A DNA stretch of 64,000 bases. Origin: Candidatus Thermosaccharophagus tengchongensis (GTDB lineage: Bacteria; Armatimonadota; Fervidibacteria; Fervidibacterales; Thermosaccharophagaceae). Both the position numbers and the translations under genes were made by a program. Of the stretch, positions 29,262 through 38,281 are shown in pieces. The notes beneath the pieces were generated by a model that was not told where the DNA came from, did no database searches, and saw nothing but the letters and a program-made list of their open reading frames with translations. The DNA is taken from the NCBI GenBank assembly GCA_032161105.1, contig JAVHTD010000002.1. One strand, written 5' to 3'. Position 1 is the stretch's first letter. Every line of letters starts with the position of its first letter.

Positions 29262-29873
29262 GTGATAGCAATGAAGGGCGTGAGGAAGAAAAAGGGGAAT
29301 GACATACTCCGATTCAACGGCAGTAATGCGATTGTGGCTGTTAGTGAATGCATTAGTGCCAGTTGTGCTAACGGGGTTATTGTGCGCCCGGATGATAAAC
29401 ATCCGCAGAGGGAAAAGGCATGGTTTCTTCACCTGATCGCGAAGGCGTTGTATGCGTGCGGCGATTACAAGTCAGCCATCAAGCACCTTGAGCGTGCCTG
29501 TGAGCTTGCTCCTGACGATGCCTTTTACCACTTTGAGCTGGGGGAGCTTTACCTAAAGGCGCAATGCCTTGAGGAAGCTGCCAAAGAATTTGAAGCAGCA
29601 CTGCTATGCGCGCCGCTTGATGATTATTACCATGTGCGATTTGCGGCGGTGTGTGTTCGGCTCGGCGAACTCAGGAAGGCTGCAGAGGTGATGGAAAGGG
29701 CTGTAAAGCTGCGCCCAAGGAATGCCTTCTACCGTTACCTGCTGGTGAAGCTTTATGAGAACTTGAACGAACCGAAGCTGGCAGAGCCGCACAGGAATTT
29801 CGTTTCCGAGCTTGACAACTATGATTTGAGCTACATAAGGCTCTTCCAGACGGATTGGATGGGCTTCAAATAG
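29262..29873 (+). CDS. TPR protein (true start probably downstream)
   Basis: Three TPR-like repeats (APDDAFYHFELG, APLDDYYH, RPRNAFY). Confidence 0.75.
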   Translation: MIAMKGVRKKKGNDILRFNGSNAIVAVSECISASCANGVIVRPDDKHPQREKAWFLHLIAKALYACGDYKSAIKHLERACELAPDDAFYHFELGELYLKAQCLEEAAKEFEAALLCAPLDDYYHVRFAAVCVRLGELRKAAEVMERAVKLRPRNAFYRYLLVKLYENLNEPKLAEPHRNFVSELDNYDLSYIRLFQTDWMGFK

Positions 29874-29997
29874 ACCTCGCTGATGCATCGCCGCATGGAG
29901 CTGATGTAGGCTATTGCACTTGCATGGCGATCAGAGGCATAATGTGAAGTGGATGCCAAATTAAAAGCACGGTGTGCCTCAAATTGAGGTGATTGAG

Positions 29998-31761
29998 ATG
30001 GCGCTTGCCCGCCGAAGCATCGTTGAGATACTCCGTTCAAGGGGTAAGCTGACGGACGAGCAATTGAAAGAGGCAATGAAGGCTCGCCGGGATACAACAC
30101 AGCCAATTGAGGAGATACTTATCCAACTCGGCATAGTTAGCAAGCAGGACATACTCTCAGCCAAGGCGGAACAGTTGGGAGTGGAGTTCGTTGACCTCAG
30201 TCAGATACAAATTGACGAGAGCGCTATGGGCTTGGTGCCGCGTGAGCTCATGGAGAAGTATAGGGCTGTGCCGATAAGGATTGAGGGCAACAGGTTGACT
30301 GTGGCGATGGCGAATCCGAGGGACTTGATGGCTATTGATGACCTCAGGATGCGCACAAGGTTGAACATAAGACCAGTCCTTGCAGACCCGGAGGCGATTG
30401 ATACGATACTTTCTGGTGAGCTGACTGGTGCAGCAGTTGCTGGCGGGAGTGTTGCAAGGGATATTGAAGCTGCGCTTAGAGCTATGGAGAAGGAAAGCGC
30501 TGGGAAGGAAAGCAGGCTCGGTGAAGAACTCGCTGCTGCTGGTCACCTTGCAGACCTGAGCAAGCTTGAAAGGGTAAGCGATGAAGCCCTCGCTGATGAG
30601 GCGCCAGTCATACGGATAGTTAACTTGCTGTTTAAGGAAGCAATCAGGAACAACGCAAGCGATATCCATGTTGAGCCGCAGAGGAAAGATGTGCGTATAA
30701 GGATGCGCATTGATGGTGTGCTGCATGAATTCTTCAGGTTGCCAAAGTGGATACACGCGCCACTAATTGCCCGCATAAAAATCCTCGCTGACATGGATAT
30801 CGCTGAGAAGCGTATCCCTCAAGACGGACGAATACAGCTTCGCATGGCGAAGAAACTCTTTGATGTGCGTGTCTCAACCATACCGACAACAAATGGCGAG
30901 AAGGCGGTCTTGCGCCTGCTTGACCAAACGAGCGTCCTAATCGGATTGGACAAGCTCGGTTTGTTCCCGGACGATGTGGCGAAGATTGAGTATCTCATAT
31001 CGCAGCCAAACGGGATGATACTGAGCACAGGTCCCACTGGTTCCGGTAAGACCACAACGCAATATTCAATCATGCACCGGCTTAACACCACCGAGGTGAA
31101 CATCATCACGATAGAAGACCCGGTTGAATATCAGCTCCCGGGGCTCAACCAAGTCCATGTGAACAGGAAGGCAGGGCTCACATTCGCAACTGCACTTAGG
31201 TCATTCCTTCGTCAAGACCCGGACATCATCATGGTTGGAGAGATACGAGACCTTGAGACAGCCGACATCGCCATTCAGGCTGCTCTCACTGGTCACCTCG
31301 TTCTATCAACACTGCACACAAATGATGCTCCAACTGCCATAACTCGTTTGATTGAGATGGGGGTTGAGCCATTCCTTATTGCTGCGTCTGTGATCGGCGT
31401 TATTGCGCAGCGCCTTGCGAGGCGCATTTGCCCGAACTGTAAGGAAGAGTATGAGCCACCGCCAGAGTTGCTTGCGCGCTTTGGCTATCAGGGTGATGGC
31501 GACCAGAAGTTTTATCGTGGCAGAGGATGTGAGATATGCAGGCAGACCGGTTATAAAGGGCGCATAGGCATCTTTGAGATCTTCGTGATGAACCAAGAGA
31601 TCGCTGATTTGGTTTTGAGGAGGGCACCATTGACTGAAATTCGTGACGCAGCGGTCGCAAGCGGGATGAAGACTTTGCTTGAAGACGGCTTCAGGAAAGT
31701 GCTCGCCGGCATAACAACACCTGAAGAAGTTCTGCGCGTCGTTGCAACTGCTGGCTACTAA
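29998..31761 (+). CDS. pilB: Type IV pilus assembly ATPase PilB (GspE family)
   Basis: ASDIHVEP, GPTGSGKTTT, TIEDPVE, LRQDPD, CPNC/CEIC zinc motif. Confidence 0.93.
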   Translation: MALARRSIVEILRSRGKLTDEQLKEAMKARRDTTQPIEEILIQLGIVSKQDILSAKAEQLGVEFVDLSQIQIDESAMGLVPRELMEKYRAVPIRIEGNRLTVAMANPRDLMAIDDLRMRTRLNIRPVLADPEAIDTILSGELTGAAVAGGSVARDIEAALRAMEKESAGKESRLGEELAAAGHLADLSKLERVSDEALADEAPVIRIVNLLFKEAIRNNASDIHVEPQRKDVRIRMRIDGVLHEFFRLPKWIHAPLIARIKILADMDIAEKRIPQDGRIQLRMAKKLFDVRVSTIPTTNGEKAVLRLLDQTSVLIGLDKLGLFPDDVAKIEYLISQPNGMILSTGPTGSGKTTTQYSIMHRLNTTEVNIITIEDPVEYQLPGLNQVHVNRKAGLTFATALRSFLRQDPDIIMVGEIRDLETADIAIQAALTGHLVLSTLHTNDAPTAITRLIEMGVEPFLIAASVIGVIAQRLARRICPNCKEEYEPPPELLARFGYQGDGDQKFYRGRGCEICRQTGYKGRIGIFEIFVMNQEIADLVLRRAPLTEIRDAAVASGMKTLLEDGFRKVLAGITTPEEVLRVVATAGY

Positions 31762-31844
31762 TAAACCGAACAGGGCGGTTGCGAAGTTTTGAGTCAGCTC
31801 ATTAAACTCCCCTCTAAATCATCACTGGTGGGGGTGAAGGTTAA

Positions 31845-32969
31845 ATGGCAGCAACAAGCGAGAGGCGTGTTAAGGAGCTTATGTCCCTTGATGATGTGCA
31901 CATTGATGACTTGCTTCGCGTCGTCGTTGAAAAGAATGCCTCAGACTTGCATCTGTGTGTCGGGGTGCCGCCGGTGTTGCGCATTGATGGCAGGCTTTAC
32001 CGAACACCATTTATGCCTGCAGAGCCGGCTCAGACGCAACGCCTCATTTACGAGATCCTCACCGATGACCAGATACAGCGCTTTGAGAACGACCTTGAAC
32101 TTGACTTCTCATATTCGCTTCAGAACATTGCCCGCTTCAGGGTGAATGTGTTCAAGGACAGGGGCAATGTTGCTGCCGCATTTCGCCTCATACCGAGGCG
32201 CATACCATCAATTAGGGAGCTTGGTCTCCCAATAATACTTGAGGAGCTGATTTTGAAGCCGCGAGGGTTGATCCTTGTCACAGGTCCGACCGGTTCTGGA
32301 AAATCAACGACGCTCGCTGCGATGATTGATCACTTGAACAATACCGATAGTAGGCATGTGATCACGATTGAGGACCCAATTGAGTATATGCACACGCACA
32401 AGAAGTGCATCATCAATCAGCGCGAGATAGGACAAGATACCCTTTCCTTTGCGAAGGCTTTGAGGAGCGCGTTGAGAGAAGATCCGGATGTGATACTCGT
32501 TGGCGAGATGAGAGACCTTGAAACAATCGCAACAGCTATAACCGCTGCAGAGACAGGTCACTTAGTGCTTGCAACATTGCACACAAACAATGCTGCAGAG
32601 ACAATTGACCGAATCATTGATGTGTTCCCGGCTGAGCAACAGGCTCAAATTAGGGTTCAGCTCTCCAACAACCTTGTGGCGGTGCTCTCTCAGCAGCTCC
32701 TTCCGAGGGCTTCAGGGAGAGGTAGGGTAGCCGCAATGGAGATAATGATTGCAACACCAGCCATACGAAACTTGATACGAGAGGGCAAAACACATCAGAT
32801 TCCGTCAATCATCCAGACGAGCGGTGAGCACGGCATGCAAACAATGGATCAGGCACTGCGCGACCTTTACTTGCAAGGTATAATCACTTATGAAGACGCA
32901 ATGGCAAGGGCGCAACGCCCAGAGGAGTTGAAGAAGATGCTCGCAGATGCAGGAGTTCAGGTGAGGTGA
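31845..32969 (+). CDS. pilT: Type IV pilus retraction ATPase PilT
   Basis: GPTGSGKSTT, LREDPD, AIRNLIRE signature. Confidence 0.95.
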   Translation: MAATSERRVKELMSLDDVHIDDLLRVVVEKNASDLHLCVGVPPVLRIDGRLYRTPFMPAEPAQTQRLIYEILTDDQIQRFENDLELDFSYSLQNIARFRVNVFKDRGNVAAAFRLIPRRIPSIRELGLPIILEELILKPRGLILVTGPTGSGKSTTLAAMIDHLNNTDSRHVITIEDPIEYMHTHKKCIINQREIGQDTLSFAKALRSALREDPDVILVGEMRDLETIATAITAAETGHLVLATLHTNNAAETIDRIIDVFPAEQQAQIRVQLSNNLVAVLSQQLLPRASGRGRVAAMEIMIATPAIRNLIREGKTHQIPSIIQTSGEHGMQTMDQALRDLYLQGIITYEDAMARAQRPEELKKMLADAGVQVR

Positions 32970-32974
32970 TTAAA

Positions 32975-34240
32975 ATGCCTGTGTTCAGTTATGTGGCTCG
33001 CAATGCTCAAGGTCAAGTCATACGGGGAAGTGAAGAAGCAGAGAATGCTGAAATACTTCGCAGGATGCTTAAGGAGCGCGGCTATTGGGTCACGCAGATA
33101 AAGCAGGAGAGAGAAGCAGCGGCAGCAGCACCTAAGAAGGCAGGGCCGAAGTTCGTGTTTGGCAGAGTTAAGTTGGCGCACCTTGCTATATTCTGCAGGC
33201 AGCTTGCCACCCTCATAAACGCAGGTGTATCACTTGTGCGGGCGCTCTCTGTCCTTGAGAAGCAGACGCCAAGCCCGCGCCTGGCACAGATAATTCGTGA
33301 GGTCGCTCAAAAGGTGCAAGAGGGTATGTCCTTCTCAAGGGCGCTGGCGGATTATCCCAAAATCTTCTCCAACCTGTTTGTTGGTCTTGTAAGAGCTGGC
33401 GAGGTTGGCGGTGTCCTCGATGAGACACTTGATAGGATGGCTACATTCTTGGAAAAGGACTTGGAGCTGCGCCGCAAGGTCAAGTCGGCAATGACATACC
33501 CAACCATCGTCACCATATTTGCGGTTGGCGTCGTCGTATTCTTGTGCACATTCGTTGTGCCGAAGTTCATGAAGTTGTTCGAAGAGCTTGAGCTCAAGCC
33601 CGAGGAATTCCCGATTGTCACTCGGATGTTGAAAGCTTTCAGTGATTTCTTGCTGACGAAGTGGTGGATGGTTCTAATAGGCGTTGTGCTGTTTGCCATA
33701 GCCTTCATCAACTACGTCCGCACTCGCACCGGTAAAAAGCAATATGACTGGCTCAAGTTGCATGTGCCTATACTTGGACCAATCAACCACATGGTTGCAT
33801 TGGCGCGCTTTGCAAGGACTTTTGGAACGCTCATAAACAGCGGTGTTCCGATACTTCAGGCTATGGATACATGTGCTGAGGCAATAGGCAATGACATTGT
33901 TGCCAAGGCGATAATGGACGCAAGGATGGCTGTGAGGGAAGGTTCACGCATTGCCGACCCGCTTGAGAATAGCAAGCTCTTTCCTCCAATGGTTGTTCAC
34001 ATGATCGCAGTTGGAGAGGAAACAGGTTCGCTTGATCAGATGCTCCAGAAGATAGCTGACTTCTATGAGAGCGAAGTTGATGCAAGGCTTGAGAGCTTAG
34101 CTGCAACGATTGAGCCAGTGCTCATAGTCATGCTGGGCGGAGTTGTGCTGTTCATCATCCTCTCCGTCTTCATGCCACTGATAACGATCATAAACAAGCT
34201 CTCCGGAGGCGGTGGAGAGGGGGAGGGTGGAAGCGAGTAA
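32975..34240 (+). CDS. pilC: Type IV pilus platform protein PilC (GspF family)
   Basis: RQLATLINAG, AGEVGG, SAMTYP, GEETGSLD, IEP. Confidence 0.93.
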   Translation: MPVFSYVARNAQGQVIRGSEEAENAEILRRMLKERGYWVTQIKQEREAAAAAPKKAGPKFVFGRVKLAHLAIFCRQLATLINAGVSLVRALSVLEKQTPSPRLAQIIREVAQKVQEGMSFSRALADYPKIFSNLFVGLVRAGEVGGVLDETLDRMATFLEKDLELRRKVKSAMTYPTIVTIFAVGVVVFLCTFVVPKFMKLFEELELKPEEFPIVTRMLKAFSDFLLTKWWMVLIGVVLFAIAFINYVRTRTGKKQYDWLKLHVPILGPINHMVALARFARTFGTLINSGVPILQAMDTCAEAIGNDIVAKAIMDARMAVREGSRIADPLENSKLFPPMVVHMIAVGEETGSLDQMLQKIADFYESEVDARLESLAATIEPVLIVMLGGVVLFIILSVFMPLITIINKLSGGGGEGEGGSE

Positions 34241-34245
34241 TTGAA

Positions 34246-35313
34246 ATGCGACTTGTTGGGAAGCATGATGGTAAACTCTTCGGCAAGCCCCCCTTAGATA
34301 TTCGGTCTATAAGTGGTGTCCTGATTGTGCGATTGAGCTCCCTTGGGGATGTTCTTATGGCAACCCCGATAGCACAGGCGCTAAGGGAGGCTCTCCCGAA
34401 TGCTCAAATTGGATGGGTAGTTGAATCCACATGTGCGCCCCTCGTTGACGGCAACCCATATCTCAGCAGGGTGCACTCTTGGGATAAAAGTTTTCTCGGC
34501 TTCATCAAGCTGGTGCGTGAACTCAGGCGCGAACGATATGAGCTTGCAATTGATCCTCAAGGCTTGCTTAAGAGCGCAATAATATCGCTTCTATCTGGCG
34601 CGCGGTATCGTGTTGGGTTTGCAGATGGCAGAGAGGGTTCAACATTCGCCATGACTCACATGGTGGAAAAGAAGCCGTCACTACACCCGTGTGACATGTC
34701 ATTGCAGCTCCTCAGGGTGCTCGGGATTGACGCGAGTGTTGAGCGCCATAAAATGCTAATACCTATCACTGACGAGGAGAGAAGAAAGGTGAACGAGCTG
34801 TTGAATTCGCTTCGGCTTTCACCGAAGCACTTCGTTGTGTTTGCTCCAGCTACAAGGTGGGTTCACAAGCATTGGCTGAGCAACCGCTGGATTGAGTTAG
34901 CCGAGAGAATTTACAAGAGCTATGGGATGCCCAGTGTGCTCGTTGGCGGCAGCGGTGACTTGTCGTTGCTTAACGCCATTTCAAGCCGCAGCCGTTCACC
35001 AATGCATAACTTTGGCGGTTTGTTATCATTGCGTGAGTCGGCACATCTCATCGGGTTAGCTGGCGCGATGGTCGGAGTTGATTCATTCCCGGTGCACGTC
35101 GGTTATGCTATGGGGGTTCCAACGGTCATCCTCTACGGACCGACGAGCTCGCTGAAATGGCGCTCAGTAGCTGGAGTGCGAGTCATTGAGCATGAGTTGC
35201 CATGCCGACCTTGTCACAGGCGCCCGACATGTGGCGGAGATTGGACATGCATGAAAACAATAACCGCAAGTGAAGTTATGGATGCTCTCAGCGGTGTGCT
35301 TTGCTCACCATGA
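34246..35313 (+). CDS. Glycosyltransferase family 9 (heptosyltransferase-like)
   Basis: RLSSLGDV, DPQGLLKS, KHW, VDSFPVH, YGPT, C-terminal CRPC..C..C. Confidence 0.88.
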   Translation: MRLVGKHDGKLFGKPPLDIRSISGVLIVRLSSLGDVLMATPIAQALREALPNAQIGWVVESTCAPLVDGNPYLSRVHSWDKSFLGFIKLVRELRRERYELAIDPQGLLKSAIISLLSGARYRVGFADGREGSTFAMTHMVEKKPSLHPCDMSLQLLRVLGIDASVERHKMLIPITDEERRKVNELLNSLRLSPKHFVVFAPATRWVHKHWLSNRWIELAERIYKSYGMPSVLVGGSGDLSLLNAISSRSRSPMHNFGGLLSLRESAHLIGLAGAMVGVDSFPVHVGYAMGVPTVILYGPTSSLKWRSVAGVRVIEHELPCRPCHRRPTCGGDWTCMKTITASEVMDALSGVLCSP

Positions 35314-35472
35314 TATTCCATTCATTGCGGGGCTTTTCGGCGGTGAGCTACTTGAGTCATCACTCCATGCGACAGCTGTTAGTTGTTAGCGAGTGCAAAG
35401 TTCATCCGGATTAAAGCGCCCATGTTCTCTGATGACCCATTTGCAATTCATTATGCTGAGGGCGATTTCGGG

Positions 35473-36015
35473 ATGGTGTCCACTATGAGCAGCACAAGCG
35501 AAGGCGAAGCCGGTGATAAAACAAAAGCGCATGCCGAAGGGGACATAGGTGATTCGGTCATCATAAGGCGCGTCAAGCCGGAGGAGCTGAATAAGCTTAT
35601 CAGCGTTTACCGCTCCGCATATGAGGGGCTTGAAGAGTATGCGTATACATCTACAGGCGAGATTCGCAGCTACATGCGCTGGCTTTATCGTGGCGACCCG
35701 AACGGCTTCTTCGTGGCTGAGCTGAATGGAGAGATCGTCGGGTTTGTGGCTGTGCATGCTGATTGGTGGGACAAGCGCATAGGTCGCACCGCCGAAATAC
35801 ATGAGGTGGTGGTGCACAAGCGTTATCAACGGATGGGCATCGGAAAGAAGCTGATGCAGCGCGCCATTGAATATGCTATTGAGAGGGGATGCAGCTGGAC
35901 AAGCCTGTGGGTTGGGTCTGGAAACACCATTGCGAGGGAATGGTATCTCAAGCTCGGATTTGAAGAGGTTAGCAATGGCTACTATTGGGTGCGCATGTTA
36001 AAGCGCCTCACATGA
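35473..36015 (+). CDS. GNAT family acetyltransferase
   Basis: VHKRYQRMGIGKKLM, WYLKLGF. Confidence 0.88.
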   Translation: MVSTMSSTSEGEAGDKTKAHAEGDIGDSVIIRRVKPEELNKLISVYRSAYEGLEEYAYTSTGEIRSYMRWLYRGDPNGFFVAELNGEIVGFVAVHADWWDKRIGRTAEIHEVVVHKRYQRMGIGKKLMQRAIEYAIERGCSWTSLWVGSGNTIAREWYLKLGFEEVSNGYYWVRMLKRLT

Positions 36016-36125
36016 GCGGGTTTGCACAGTTGGAGGGGGAATGGCGATAACCTTTACCTACCAACCTTGCCATTAAGGAGTTGCGACTAAAGACCGCGCG
36101 GAAGTTCGTAGGTGAGGCAGCTTGC

Positions 36126-38084
36126 CTATTCTTGCTTTCCCTCCGCCTTCCCTTCGCCCTGTTGCTCTAATCCTTTCTCCTTCAGCTCCTGCTCTTTAAC
36201 TTCAGCCTTTATTGGTTGCTTCTTGGCTGGCTCCTCTTTGACCTTTGGCTTTATCACCTCAGGTGGTTTTAGCCTGAGCCTGACGATGTCGTGTGGCTTG
36301 ATTTGCATTCCCTCCTCAAGCTCAACAATCACAGCCTTTGACATATCCTGCATGACTTCAATGACGCGTATCACTCCAACAGGCTCCTCAATGATGCGTT
36401 CACCGCGAGCTGTCTGAAAATGCACTCGCCTAATAACCGTGAACTCATCCCCGACTTTAATTCCGGCATCCTCACCGATATCAATGTAGGCGAACTTGTC
36501 CTCAACTGCCCCGACTTGCCCCTCCCTTGCTACAGGCAATGTAGGTTGAGCTGTGATGACAGCCGGAGTAATTCTTGGGAGAGCAGCCCATGTCATTTCG
36601 CCGCGCAGTGCCTTGACGAGCTGTGCGATGGCATCAGATGCGGCAGCGCGATATAGCGATATGTCAAGCACACCTCTTTCAATTTGCTCCGGTTGCACTT
36701 GCGGTGGCTCGCGTGACTCAATTGGCATTGATGTATGGATGGGTTGCTTGCTGATGCCCTTGCCTTCAAATCGGCTGCTCCATACCAGCCTTCCAGTCCG
36801 CCCATCAAATAAGCGTGCCTCAACGAATATGCTCACACGCTGTTGCCTCTCCGTCCTTATCTGCCAGATCCTTCTATCAGCCGCTGGGCTTGGACGGCTT
36901 GTCAAGCCTTGACTGATGATGGAGAAGGCGTCAACCCCAGCTATGTGCCCTGCAAGTATAGCATCGCATTTGTGCTTCTCGCAAAGCTGCTTTACAACCT
37001 CAGACGGTATGTTTCCGGAGCGGTAGGTATCCCAAGCAACAGCGTCCTCAAACATCTGTTGGTTAGCGACGAGCAGCTCCTCAACCAAGTTCGCGTTCTT
37101 TACAGCATCAACAACCTGCTCCCCGAACTGCATCACATATGGTCTAATTGCTGGCATCTCCGAGAATGGAAACACAAGCAGCCTTCTCACATGACTCAAG
37201 TCAAGGTGAAGTATTAAGCGCGGCTCACTCGGTATGTCCTCAATGCGCTCATATAAGGAGACAAGGTGATTCAAAAAGCGGATGTTCGGTGAGTAGAACA
37301 GGATGCGATAATAATTGCCACCTTTGCTGGCGCGCACGAGCACACTTTGGTTTTGGCGGAGCACATCAATCGGGTAGGGCAGCCTTTCCTTGATTGCTCT
37401 CGGTATGGGCTGCTCCCCTGTGAGGATGTAGACCTCCGTCTCTGTTGCGAGCAATCGCTCAACCTTGGGGAGCTTATCCAAAGTCACCCAGACGAAGTCG
37501 GCTCGCACCGTCTCACCGAATATGGCTATTGTCTCCTCACCGGCGTTTGTGACCACGACGAGCAGTGGCACTTGCCATATGCGTTGCATTTTCAGGTCGG
37601 TTATTTCACGCACCTCAAGTTCGCTCAATTTCTCAATGGCTTCGCAAGCCGAGTTGTGGCTCGGTGCTGAAATGAGCATGCGCACATAGGGCTTGCGCTC
37701 AATTAACTTCACATCACCGGCGAGAACAACATCCATGTCTCGAATCAGGCGAATGTCATACGGGAGAAGCTCGCGGTGCTCCATCGGAAATGGCTCTTTT
37801 GTCCAGTCAAGGATGAAGATGACATGCTTTTCAGCTTTCTCAATTTCAGCGGCACGCTTTGGCAGCTCAGAGAGGCTGATAAATGTGGTTTGAGTGCCCT
37901 CGGGCAGCTTAGTGCGGAATTCATTGTATAGCGTGATTGAGTTTGAAACGACAACGACCTCCCCCTTCAAGAACTCAACGGCTGGACGCTTCGTAAGGAA
38001 GGCACGGCGAAGTTGTGCTGTGCTCAGGTTGCTCAGAAGAAACAGGCATCCCAAGGTGACAACGAGCATCATTTGACGACCCAT
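36126..38084 (-). CDS. Secreted hypothetical protein; possible CsgG/LpoB-like domain and FlgT-C-like C-terminal domain
   Basis: Signal peptide; CDAILAG...RLFDGRTGRLVWS; AYIDIGEDAGIKVGDEF. Confidence 0.6.
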   Translation of the reverse strand: MGRQMMLVVTLGCLFLLSNLSTAQLRRAFLTKRPAVEFLKGEVVVVSNSITLYNEFRTKLPEGTQTTFISLSELPKRAAEIEKAEKHVIFILDWTKEPFPMEHRELLPYDIRLIRDMDVVLAGDVKLIERKPYVRMLISAPSHNSACEAIEKLSELEVREITDLKMQRIWQVPLLVVVTNAGEETIAIFGETVRADFVWVTLDKLPKVERLLATETEVYILTGEQPIPRAIKERLPYPIDVLRQNQSVLVRASKGGNYYRILFYSPNIRFLNHLVSLYERIEDIPSEPRLILHLDLSHVRRLLVFPFSEMPAIRPYVMQFGEQVVDAVKNANLVEELLVANQQMFEDAVAWDTYRSGNIPSEVVKQLCEKHKCDAILAGHIAGVDAFSIISQGLTSRPSPAADRRIWQIRTERQQRVSIFVEARLFDGRTGRLVWSSRFEGKGISKQPIHTSMPIESREPPQVQPEQIERGVLDISLYRAAASDAIAQLVKALRGEMTWAALPRITPAVITAQPTLPVAREGQVGAVEDKFAYIDIGEDAGIKVGDEFTVIRRVHFQTARGERIIEEPVGVIRVIEVMQDMSKAVIVELEEGMQIKPHDIVRLRLKPPEVIKPKVKEEPAKKQPIKAEVKEQELKEKGLEQQGEGKAEGKQE

Positions 38085-38281
38085 AAGTCCTCTCACCTCC
38101 GAGCCCAAAACCAACCACTCGGTCTTCCCAAAGCCAATAACAACTTAGCGCCGTAGCCGCTATGTGTCAAATGGGGTTAGCATGGGTTACTGTGTCCATT
38201 GAGTGGTATTGCATCTGCATTGGGGTTGCCTTCTAAGTCAACGCGGATGGTGCAGAGGTGATCGGGGTGGGATGGATTAAG

